Part shown: in pieces, positions 28,901 through 38,226 of the stretch | Numbering within the stretch: the stretch's first letter is position 1 | How the letters are laid out: every line of letters starts with the position of its first letter | NCBI GenBank assembly: GCA_965649765.1 | Contig: OZ287757.1 | Location: 9,300,001-9,364,000, forward strand | DNA length: 64,000 nt | Source: Bispira polyomma | Lineage: Eukaryota | Direction of reading: 5' to 3' | Program-made: the position numbers and the translations under genes | The notes under the pieces: model-generated | The model's input: only the letters and a program-made list of their open reading frames with translations | Databases searched by the model: none | Told to the model about the DNA's origin: nothing

Positions 28901-31039
28901 CAGTCTTGATAGTGGAACAGGGTCGAATCATGATCAAGTGGGAGCTTTACTTTATTAATATTACCAAGCGAGTTGTTATCTGACACAGCCTGATATTGAT
29001 CTTGTTCGGCCCAGCCTTGATGGAAATACATAACACCTTATGGATTGGTTGGAAGCAATTGACCCAATTGAACTGAGGGGTGTCAGTTTTATATTATCTG
29101 GCGATTATAACACACAGCCTGATATCGATACTTTGCTGGAAATAATATGCAAGATTGAATTAGTTGGATTCGTTGAAAGCAATCACCCAGGCCAAACTAA
29201 GGGGTGTCAGTCAGTCACACTGTAGGCTGATGTCTTTTTTTAAAGACAATTCTTGTTTATTCTTAAGTGAAACAATTCTATAACAAAACTGAGTGGGTGT
29301 TTGTTGCATGCTATACCCACATACTATGTATGTGGTCATTTCGAAACTAGATTTCAACAGATAAATATAGAAAGTGATTTATCACAATGTATGTTATTTG
29401 AATGCATGGTGATGTTTGTTATAGCCATTATTTTACTACATTAGTTCATATGACTAGTAATAATTTACTAATGTATTATAATGGTAACGTTATTAACCAT
29501 CAGTTATTATGTGATGGCATTTTAAAAGATTTTATCCTTGCGTCTTTACTTAAACTTGCACATCTACAAGGAGGCATTTATATTTTAAATATATTACCTC
29601 AAACCTAGAATCATATTTCATACAACTTATACTAAAGTCCTTACTTTATGGATGCTCATTGTTACTTTTAGCTTTTGACCTTTACCTTAACTGCATCACA
29701 CAAGTAAGGGGGGGGGGGCACTCGGTGACATAGTGGTTAATACAAATGCCTCCCACCTCTGAGGTCGTGTTTCGAATCTTGTTGGCTACAGCTTTATGTT
29801 GGAAATTTGGCAGTTAGTTGAAAGTTGGCCGATGCCAGATCATTTAGACTGCAGAATATTGACCAACTAGTATGCACTGCTTTCCCCCACCAGTAAAACT
29901 AACCTGTTGTGATACGACTTATATACAATGTGCTGAAAGCAACATTAAACCCCAAATCCATCAATCAATTAAGCGTTCTAGCCAGATACTGTTGTAATAT
30001 ACCTAACAAGTCCTCAATTTATTTTTATTGAAATAGAGTATGAATGAGTACATTGTGTGATGTCCTGTCAAAACCATCGCCTGGCATGGCCAGTTACACA
30101 CGGCAAGGAAATTTCAGAGGTGGTCAGACCAGGTATTAAATACAGTTGATATACGATTACTGCAGGTACCATGTGATATGTATATTGTCTAGAACCACCT
30201 TTCCATACCACCAATGAGAGACTTTAGGTGTGACCAGTAATATCTAAACTAGTGCAAGTTTACAGCCTCACTAAAAAAGTAACTTCTATCTGTGTGGGAA
30301 GAGCTTCCATCCCTTTTTGGTGACATCCTCGTGGAATAAACTTACACAATTGTATTGTAAATGAGTAGGCAATATGGTGTGGTCATACGTTGCCTAAGGA
30401 TGTGATGCCACCAACAAACCTAAGCAGGAGTGTAACCAGGGACCCTCCGATCACCGGACAAACTCCACCCGCCACCCCCCTACTTGGAGTTGAAATGGGG
30501 ACCCTTCTAGTCGACAGACCATCTCCCTAACCACTAGGCCACAGGAAACTCTGTGTATCAATAAAATAAAATAACAGACAACAAGCTATCCTATACATAA
30601 AACAGTTGCTGTTATATGGAGAAAAACTGTAACCCACTAACCTGAGTGACAGGTCTTTGCAATCCGCCTGTGATTTCTGTAGTTTTTGCCCAAGATCCAA
30701 GTTCTCCTGGCGAAGTTCTTCCTTTTCCTTTTCAAGCTTTTCCAAATCCAGTTTACTTTTCTTCTGGCTAGAGCTGTCTTCCACGGAAGAAAGGCTACGT
30801 TTTTTGCCACGCAAATCATCTTCCGAAGCCGATGACAAAGAGGACAAAGCCCCGCCCACTACCACTACTTTCTCTACGTCACGATCACCGTCGCACTTCT
30901 GGCTTGAGGCATCATACCACGTTTCGTCGGCTCCGTCACTGATAACTTGCTGTATCTGTGCCGATTCCCTGCTTATTATTTCGGCAGACCTTTTGATTTT
31001 ATTTTTAATATCCTGAACTGAACGCTGTTGATCATCCAT
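3072..31039 (-). CDS. Mieap/SPATA18-like (mitochondria-eating protein C-terminal domain) coiled-coil protein, paralogue A, ~437 aa; coding exons 31039-30642, 13744-13531, 8879-8781, 6856-6725, 4347-4024, 3218-3072
   Basis: All junctions GT-AG and phase compatible (2,0,0,0,0), 1314-nt uninterrupted frame. Motifs R|LSKEM..LENICVKNRPMNVSEAYQMFCSDAWLDA and ACSIVWKMVLQRPQM..YVHPVLYHGDKVMAKGRI resemble the MIEAP domain family; exon structure mirrors paralogue B. The join of exon 30642 to 13744 is inferred. Confidence 0.75.
8380..8613 (-). mobile_element. Second copy of the L2-tail SINE-like element
   Basis: Near-identical to 9930-10173 in reverse; flanked by gtggtat TSD (8373-8379/8614-8620); same 5' start GGCACCC. 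Confidence 0.8.
9337..13250 (-). mobile_element. Near full-length L2-clade non-LTR retrotransposon (APE + RT), disrupted; in intron 2 of gene A
   Basis: APE motifs (SETWL, GGGVGIF), RT motifs ([37 protein letters not shown]), C-terminal SRLDYCNSL..LHWLP..AYPP*, (AAT)n tail at ~9337-9355; in-frame TAG at 10556-10558, frameshifts, and an insertion at 9846-10173. 5' boundary approximate. Confidence 0.9.
9846..10173 (+). mobile_element. Short non-autonomous retroelement (SINE-like) with L2-derived 3' tail, inserted antisense in the L2; 5' head tandemly duplicated
   Basis: tacat TSD (9841-9845/10174-10178), (ATT)n tail, last ~110 bp homologous to the host L2 3' UTR (9340-9456); second copy at 8380-8613. 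Confidence 0.8.
14645..15615 (+). repeat. Two decayed SINE copies (14645-14855, 15385-15615); relatives at ~29715-29970, 44270-44480 and 51165-51385 (-)
   Basis: Shared tRNA-like head, atgtgg(g)aaa core and ctgttg..gtgac.taaaaccc 3' end. Confidence 0.55.
19398..21803 (-). CDS. IRF: Interferon regulatory factor (IAD1-type, IRF4/8-supergroup-like), ~561 aa; coding exons 21803-21746 and 21025-19398
   Basis: Trp-repeat DBD (RLRPWL..GLQWVD..FKVPWKH..IFKEWA..AKWKTNLRCALNK) and C-terminal IAD1/SMAD-FHA-like domain (GCRI..LLKNMHRGI..IYATRLC..KIFD). The TTG start in the ORF track is intronic: strong acceptor tttctcttatatttcag ends at 21026; the upstream exon MAWEVQGNSNMSITGHSYA-G|gtatg (acceptor at 21832) is phase-1 compatible. 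Confidence 0.95.
22491..22517. promoter_or_regulatory. Composite GAS (STAT) + NF-kB site upstream of IRF gene
   Basis: TTTCCCCGAAA at 22491-22501 (TTCN3GAA, same sequence as the mammalian IRF1 GAS core) followed 5 bp later by palindromic GGGAATTCCC(C) at 22507-22517, ~0.7 kb upstream of the IRF ATG exon in a CpG-richer patch. Confidence 0.65.
22870..22888. promoter_or_regulatory. ISRE-like element upstream of IRF gene
   Basis: AATTTCGGTTTCACGTTCG contains TTTCNNTTTC (GAAACCGAAA on the - strand) plus a partial third half-site. Confidence 0.5.
23061..26948. mobile_element. MITE with ~30-bp TIRs (TACGG..CCGTA) and internal palindromic minisatellite, split by the L2 insertion; IS3EU-like termini
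   Basis: tacggaagcctgtacaggtcatacaa (23061) is the inverted repeat of ttgtataacctgtataggcctccgta (to 26948); near-perfect 6-bp TSD acatag/acatac; repeated atctcgtaattacgagat-type units at 23130-23150 and 26597-26915. Confidence 0.7.
23150..26596 (-). mobile_element. Full-length L2-clade LINE (single ORF: leader, 2A-like motif, APE, RT), frameshifted
   Basis: ORF pieces 26347-25280, 25467-24664, 24662-24288, 24375-23722, 23706-23308 carry ITETH, YRPPG, GDFNIH, LLDLSAAFDTIDH, GVPQGSVLGP, YADDTQ, LHWLP, AFPP*; (GATTA)n tail at ~23150-23172. Confidence 0.92.
27398..27535 (+). mobile_element. Older tRNA-derived SINE (related copy at 47405-47550, - strand)
   Basis: A box TGGCCGAGTGG, B-box-like GGTTCGCCTCC, 3' gctgttga..ggacgtaaaacccta. 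Confidence 0.65.
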
Positions 31040-31273
31040 TGTTTTCGTTTGTTTAGCAACGTGCAAAAGTAGGGTTTATTTAAAATATGTGATATCTCAA
31101 ATTTGAACGAATACCTTATATATTATACTCCTTATTTACTTTTTTGATACAGCTTTAAGTACCAAAGCTGTCTAATGCTTTGGTATTGATACACCAGTGT
31201 ATATAGATACCCATGTGTACTTGTATTTCATCGATGCAGTCGACGTAGTATTGAACGGCGGCAAAATTAACAC

Positions 31274-31292
31274 GAAATCGAAAGTGAAAGTA
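31274..31292. promoter_or_regulatory. ISRE/IRF-E upstream of Mieap-like gene A
   Basis: GAAATCGAAAGTGAAAGTA = three GAAA half-sites at 6-bp spacing, ~235 bp upstream of the ATG at 31039. Confidence 0.65.
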
Positions 31293-31489
31293 CTCTATAC
31301 ATAGTACTTCAAAGGAACAAAGGGGCAAGTATATATCACTGGTTGTTATTCTTTTACTTTAGGAGTGGAGTCCATTTTTGAATAACCTAAAAACCACTGT
31401 TCTGATGTGTAACGAAAGAGATAACGGTTATTAATATAAGATATATTTATAAAAAAATTATTTTTCCAATACTTCCTCCTAAGTTTTTT

Positions 31490-32640
31490 ATATAGCGCAA
31501 AATCCACATGAGTGATCAGGGTGCTGTGGATGCAGAATTTACTTTATTTTAGGTTTATGTAAAAGGTGTGTTTTTAGTTCTTTTTGAAAAATGTCCGTTG
31601 ATGGAGCATGTTGTAACTTTGAAGGTAGATTGTTCCATAGCTTAGAGGCAGCCATACTGAATGCCCAGTCTCCAGCAGAGACTAGTCTTGTTTTCCAATT
31701 GAAAAACTTCAAGCCAGTTTGATGTCTTGTTTGATAGACTGGAGTAGTGACATTCAATAGGTTTGTCAGATACCTTGGACCTTCACCTGTGAGTGCCATG
31801 AAAGCGAGTAGCAGTATTTTATATTTAATGTGTTGATGGATAGGACGCCAGTGGAGTTGGTACAGTAAAATTTTTGTTGAACATTTTTCATGATGAAATA
31901 TAAGACTAGTTGCACTTTTTTGTAAACTTTGTAACTTGAATTGGGATATTTAATGTCCACTCTAGTACCTGTTTAGGTTATATTAGGCGGGTAGTTGGAA
32001 ACGCTGGAGGAAACACTGCATACAGTTGATTAAGGTTCTGCACTGAAACCAGTGGCCCACAGTAAGGAACTACCACCTTTCCCACATAGGCATCGATGGG
32101 ATTCGAACTCACCCCACCCAGAGGTGAGAGACCAGTGATTGTGAAGCACAAGGCTTGCTAACCACTAGGCCACCGCAGTCCCCTTTTGTAACTTCTCAAA
32201 GAGTTGTGTGGAAGAACCAAAAAGCATTTTATTGCAGTAGTCCAACCTCAAAAATATACATGTACTGATGAGAGATTTGCAGGCTTCAAGTGTCAGCTAG
32301 GGGCGAATGTGATGTATTGTTCGAAGGTAATGGTAGCACGACCTAAGCAGATTGCCCATGTAAACCTGCAATAAAAACTCCTTATCAAAGTAAGTCCCAT
32401 GATTTCATACAGATGATGACTTTGGGACAAGCATTGTTTTCCACCTGGAGATGACTGAGACTTTAGAGAGTTGTTTCTTTGTGCCTATTATCACGAATTC
32501 CGTTTTGTCCTCATTTATATTGAGCTTGTTTACCCTCATCCATGACACAATTTCTAATATACGTGTCTGCATGGTGTCAATTGCAGTTTGTTGTTTAGTT
32601 GCAACATCAGGATTTCACCTAGAAATATGCAAATGAGGAC
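31490..32640 (-). mobile_element. Degenerate L2/CR1-group RT fragment, interrupted by a SINE
   Basis: LNEDKTEFVI, LGVIICMKS, PRYLTNLL..FSMAASKLWNNLP..FQKELKTHL remnants across frames. Confidence 0.65.
31938..32183 (-). mobile_element. Same tRNA-derived SINE family, full length
   Basis: Reverse complement of 63421-63665 at high identity; tttgtaactt flanks both ends as TSD. Confidence 0.88.
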
Positions 32641-32645
32641 GATTA

Positions 32646-34797
32646 AGCCTCGGTGGTGATGCCATTTTGGGAGATATTTCTTCAGTTATGATACAATGTA
32701 TATAAGGTGACATAAGGTAAGGGAGGGTAAATTTCATTAGCTAACTGATATGAACAGGCCTTTATACAGTGTATCCAGGTAGTACGACAGTTAGACATGA
32801 CTGACATCAGGTTATATAAGGTAATAGAAGGTTGGAAAGGGTAAGGCCTCAGAAGAGTTATGGCAATAAATGGTAACATCAGCTTATTCCTCTATGGTGG
32901 GAGATGGTAATCGGTTCTTCCACCACTGGGGGCGGTGCTGCAACCAGTATTTTAATGCGTGCCATTTAGAACATTGGCTCTTTCATGATTCAGCCATTAA
33001 TGTGTTCACATCATAGATGTACAACAATAAATAGACAGCCAGCTCTTCATGTTGCATTGCTACAGGGCATTATGCAGTTGAATTATATAAACCAGAGAAA
33101 CAATGTAGATATTTACAAGTACTTAAGAAGGAGGCACGTTAGAAGACAGAACCTACTGACTGCAAAATTTGGCCTCTATGAAAACCTCCTGCAGGAGTTC
33201 GAGCTTAAAGACCTGACTGTCTTTAAGAACTTTATCCGTATGGAGCCACAGCTGTTTTGTGAGCTTTTTGATCAAGTGGGGCCCCTGCTACATGCAACGG
33301 CAAAACTGTTAGGTAGTCGATGGAATGTCTACCACACTGTCGGAGCCCTAGATGGAAAGCATGTGGTTCATCAAGTGTCCCTCGAGCTTAGGGTCTCTCT
33401 ATTACAATTACAAGGAATTTTATTCTATTATCCTGCTGGCTCTGGTGGATGATGACTACAACTTGTTGTGGGCGGATGTCGGCAGTAATGGTTGTTGCTT
33501 AGATGTCCAGGTGTTTAATGACTTTGATCTGAAGGAGGTTAAAGAATATTGTACCATTGGTTTCCCAGCTGCTGATCCATTACCAGGTGATAACAAGAAC
33601 ATACCTAAAAAGAAGAAAGCCATTCTTAGCCAGACATCTCACAGATGCAGAACGCATATTTAACTACAGACTATCAAGGGCAAGGCATACAGTTAAAAAT
33701 GCTTTTGGGATTTTTTCAATCAAATTCCGATGCATCTTAACCACAATGCAACAAGTTCCACATACTGTCACCACCATTGTTCTTGCTTGTGTGGTATTGC
33801 ATAACATCATGTGGAAGAGGTACCCTATAGTCCACAGTGGCCTTCAGGATGACGAACACTCTGTTGTACCTGGGCCTGTACTCATGGCAGATTAATGGAA
33901 CGCATCAGGGGAAAATTGTGCTAGAAAACATACTCAAACAGCCCTGCTGGAAAAAAGCCTGAAATAATTACCAAATGGAAGCAATCTGTTCATTCCATAT
34001 TTATTACTTATACATTACATGTTAAATACATTTCTTACACGTCAGGTGCATCTCAACAGCCTTGTCTTCTGAGAGCTTGGCCCTTTTTTGTGTTTCTATA
34101 ATCCTTCAGGCCCTTTACATTGAGACAGGGGCTGTCTTGGACCCAGTCAATGAGCTTTTCCTTCTCATCATCTGCTAAGGGTTATTGCAAAAATAATAAT
34201 ATAGTACATTAGTTTCAATAATCCAAAATCACACACTTAACCTTTGATCCTGTGAAATGAAATGATTGTGATATGCGTTTGTATGTTATACATAGCCCAA
34301 ACTGTTACTGCCATATATGGTCACTACCTAGCACCTGTGCTTCACCACCTGTCACCTGGTGTCACCGACACACAACCGCCTCTATAACTCATCTCACCAC
34401 ATTGTTACCGCATCAATAGCCTCAGACTGTAGCTTAATGGCGTCTCCTTACCGTCTCTTACCACCTTTTACTATCTATCACTGTACTCTATCATCAGAAA
34501 ATATACCATTAACGGTTACAGATGGTTCAATGCAGCTAGAGGTGATTATATAGGGACTATTGGGCAACAGGCTGATGCGGTCAATCAACCAAAAAGGCAG
34601 TTGAATTTGAACCGTCCCTGAAGAGCCGAAATTTCATGTTAAAACCATCACCTGACACGGCTGGTTATCAATGATTAGAGATTTTTGAGTGGTACGATCT
34701 GATATTGATATAGTCGATATATGATTACCGCAGTTACCAGGTGATATGAATACTGTCCCGAGCCACCTTTCCATACCAACAATGTGAAACTGGGGCT
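32646..34797 (+). mobile_element. Decayed PIF/Harbinger DNA transposon with HARBI1-like DDE transposase pseudogene (~33000-33900)
   Basis: GALDGKH, YYNYKEFYSIILLALVD, WADVGSNG, FNYRLSRARHTVKNAFG, ACVVLHN split over three frames; short imperfect TIR (agcctcggt / actggggct) and TTA on both flanks (boundaries tentative). Confidence 0.8.
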
Positions 34798-36159
34798 TTA
34801 CATATATAAGTGTCTACAATACTATGACACTAAACATGATTTGAAATACTTTCTAAGTATGCAATTTAAGTTGAAATTTAATTCTAAAAGGTATCAACTC
34901 TTTATTTATTGGCCATTAGATTTAAATTGCTATGTCAAAAGGTTTTGAAACGTAAGAAGGTGTAAATCTGTGTATCTGTAGTCATGTGTCCTACACCAAT
35001 ATAATAATATTATATTGTGTATAAAGTGAATAATAAATGTAAAATAACTCTTGCTTTTTATATATTTAGAAAGTTACATGACCAGCAGGACACAGCGCCA
35101 AAAAGTGGAAACAAAATCCTAGAAATTGTCAAATCGTGGTTGGTGTCTCTATTCAGATGTTTCTGTTAATTTGGCTCTGTAGTGGTTGTGTATTTCCGGT
35201 GAGTTTCACCACTTAACAACAGTGGAAGTCCAAAGTAATAATAGTCTATTTTGTGAGCTTTTTCATCTTACTTTGTTTCTTCTTTTAACAAACTCTAAAA
35301 TATTTAACAAACAACAGTTGTAGTATCATATAAAATCTCAATGGTACTTTTCTTTGAGGCCTGATATAACTGGCTCTTTACTATAGATTCTGGACACTGG
35401 GCCCCGCAAATGCTGTGCTTATCTCATCTCATACCATCATATAGAATATCTTTTCTGGAGCATGTGCTGCTCCTTATATACACAAAATTGGCATGGATGC
35501 CATGAGTCACACAGAGATTACAATCTTTTGAATTCTACAGGAAAACACTGGTCAAATGATTATAGAAAATAAGTAAGATTACCATATATGGAAGTGACAT
35601 GATCAGGGATTTAGTAAGTTTAGTAAAAGTTGATGCATTGATTGTTCATCTGATCAGAACATAATATGGTACTGGGAAGGGTCATGTGTCTTATCATGTT
35701 TATATATTGTTTAATGTGAATCAGACATTCCTGTACTGGAGTGAGAGGAAGCAATAAATATTTTCAGGTAATGTGACCTCATTACAATGTTGCAAGCTCA
35801 TTCCAATAGCATCTCCACATCTTTACAAAATCTTACACAAACACATGAGAAATAGAGCTGTGTTTGAAGGACAATTAACATAAACACAACATTGATAAAA
35901 TCATATACTTGTAGACAAAAGAGAATATTTTACTGAAATATGTAAGCTTGCGTTCATTTACAAAAGTGTCTAGCTGTTGTTGTAAACCTAGATTAAAAGC
36001 CGATTTACAAATGAAGTAATTTAAGTAAACGTATATCAGGATACAAAATACTACAATTGGTTCAACATTAGGATTAATTGTATAATTACTGAAAAAATAA
36101 AACTTCTATTAATTCTACCATTTCCTTCCCTAATAATATAGTTCGCTCACAAAATTTTT

Positions 36160-36560
36160 TGGGGGTCATGAATTTTTTTTTGTGCAAATTTTATTAAATT
36201 TTTTTTTAAATTCACACTTTTACCATTTTTGGAGGCCAACTTGAATTTCTACGTTAAACACAAAAAGGCGTGCAAGGGTCATCAATTTTTTTTTTGTGCA
36301 AATTTTATTAATTTTTTTTTTAAATTCACTCTCTTACCATTTGTGGAGGCCAACTTGAATTTCTACGTTAAACACAAAAACAGTGCAAGATAGAGCGATT
36401 TTGGCACAATTTTTTGGCCCAGAGAAATCTGCACGATTTTCATAAAAATCGCTCTCCCACCATCAGAATATATTTAACGTCACACAATGTCTCACTGGGA
36501 CATTTTGTTTTTGCTGTGCAAAAACAAATTTCTTTCATTTGCTAAGCAGTACTCTAGTTT
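36160..36560. repeat. Dispersed repeat with internal ~118-bp tandem duplication; homologous to 63185-63710
   Basis: gggtcat..tgtgcaaattttatta..ggaggccaacttgaatttctacgttaaacacaaaaa occurs twice; downstream part aligns to the flanks of the SINE at 63421. Confidence 0.7.
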
Positions 36561-38083
36561 TTTATTTAAAAGTGGAAAAATAAGTTGTTAGATGTTACAT
36601 AACATTTTCTTGCACTATAATATATATGCTGGTGATACCTAACAGCCAGGGTTATCACCGAGACACTGTTCAATGGCAGAAAGGTTGCAACAATAAAATA
36701 AAATAACCCTTTTAACCCTTGTTGACACACTAAAAATTTAATTTAATTTTTCTTTGGTTCCTCGCAATCGTAAATTGTCAGTACAGCAGCTTTCACATTC
36801 AAAAAAATATTAGACATGAAGCCCTTATTGAATGTTTCAATGACCCCAGCTATGTGTAACCTATTGCCAAAAAAAATTTCTTTAGTTATCGCTTTGGGTT
36901 GTATAGGTTAATGTATTATTCCTTGGCCCAGGTCCGAACCCTCACAACACAGATCAATTGGTACAGTACTTTTTGTCATCTTTTAGCAAGAAAACTAACA
37001 TGAATTACAACAATTACACATCGCATAATTTATTATACACATTTTGTTGTTTCATTGCAGTATAAATTGTTAAACATAGAACAAAAAGGCACAAATTTAA
37101 CTTGCAGGTTTCCTGAACAGCAATCAGATTATCACATATTAAATTAACCAAAATCTGACTTGAACTGACATTAACAATAATATCAACTGAATTTAATGAA
37201 CCTGCACAATTAAATGTGTTATAAAAATGTAAAATGAGAATCCAATTTAGTTTATTAAGATAAACATAACAGCATATCAATCAATATATGCATTAGATTT
37301 TTTTTCAGGAAACAATAGCAGGTCCTAAAATATATAATAGTACATTGATGTAGCATACCCATATATGTATATTTCAGTTTAAACCCATATTCCCAAATTA
37401 ACTGTTTCATAAAACTAAGCACCATAACAAAATGAATCAGGGGGGTGGGGGGGGGGGGTTATGTTCATCCATCATAGTATTATAGTACAAGTAACAAACA
37501 AAATAAGTATTGCCAAAGAACGTATTTGTTATTGTTTTGACATTTGACACTGTACACAACTATATATTGCACATTAAGTAGTTTAATAATCGTTTGGACA
37601 CGATTCAGTATTCATAATACATAGTCAAAGTAGCATATATTCTACATAACTAAGTTAACATTTTTAACACTAATTTATAATACACATAAAGTACACCCTA
37701 TCTATTTGCGAATATTAATATTTTCTAAGTTACTCAACAAACAAAGCTCTTTATATGAATCATTTCATGACAACAGTAAGATGTTCACCAATAAGAAGAC
37801 CCGCATCAGAAGCTACATGCTATGCAGAGTAGAGCCTCTATTATCCAATCATTTATTATCCAAACATTAAGATTTAATGAACTTAATTTTAGCTCACTAT
37901 TGTATCCATTGTTTTATATTAAAAGTGCTTCATTTACTTTTTAATATATTTCTTAATATATTTTCTAATATATTTTTTTATAATGATCATTTTGTTATTC
38001 AAACTGATTATCACTCTCGCAAGGTGTTAGACTATTATTTAAGTAACTTATATCCTGAAGTCAAATTCACTCTCCAAAGATTT

Positions 38084-38087
<4 letters not shown>

Positions 38088-38131
<44 letters not shown>
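38088..38131. repeat. (TA)n microsatellite in 3' UTR of gene B (others: (TA)n ~22123-22146, poly-G 22933-22963, polyT/polyG ~55491-55532)
   Basis: Read directly. Confidence 0.95.
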
Positions 38132-38134
<3 letters not shown>

Positions 38135-38226
38135 CTATTGCTTTATAAACAACAACATTTATTTTTTTTGCAGATAATAGAGATTGTTCTAATCCCTTGT
38201 CACAGCTCATTACTCAAATCTGTATG

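Noticed and set aside
32985-33895. Domesticated HARBI1 gene
   Set aside because: Split over three frames with internal deletions and stops; decayed transposon
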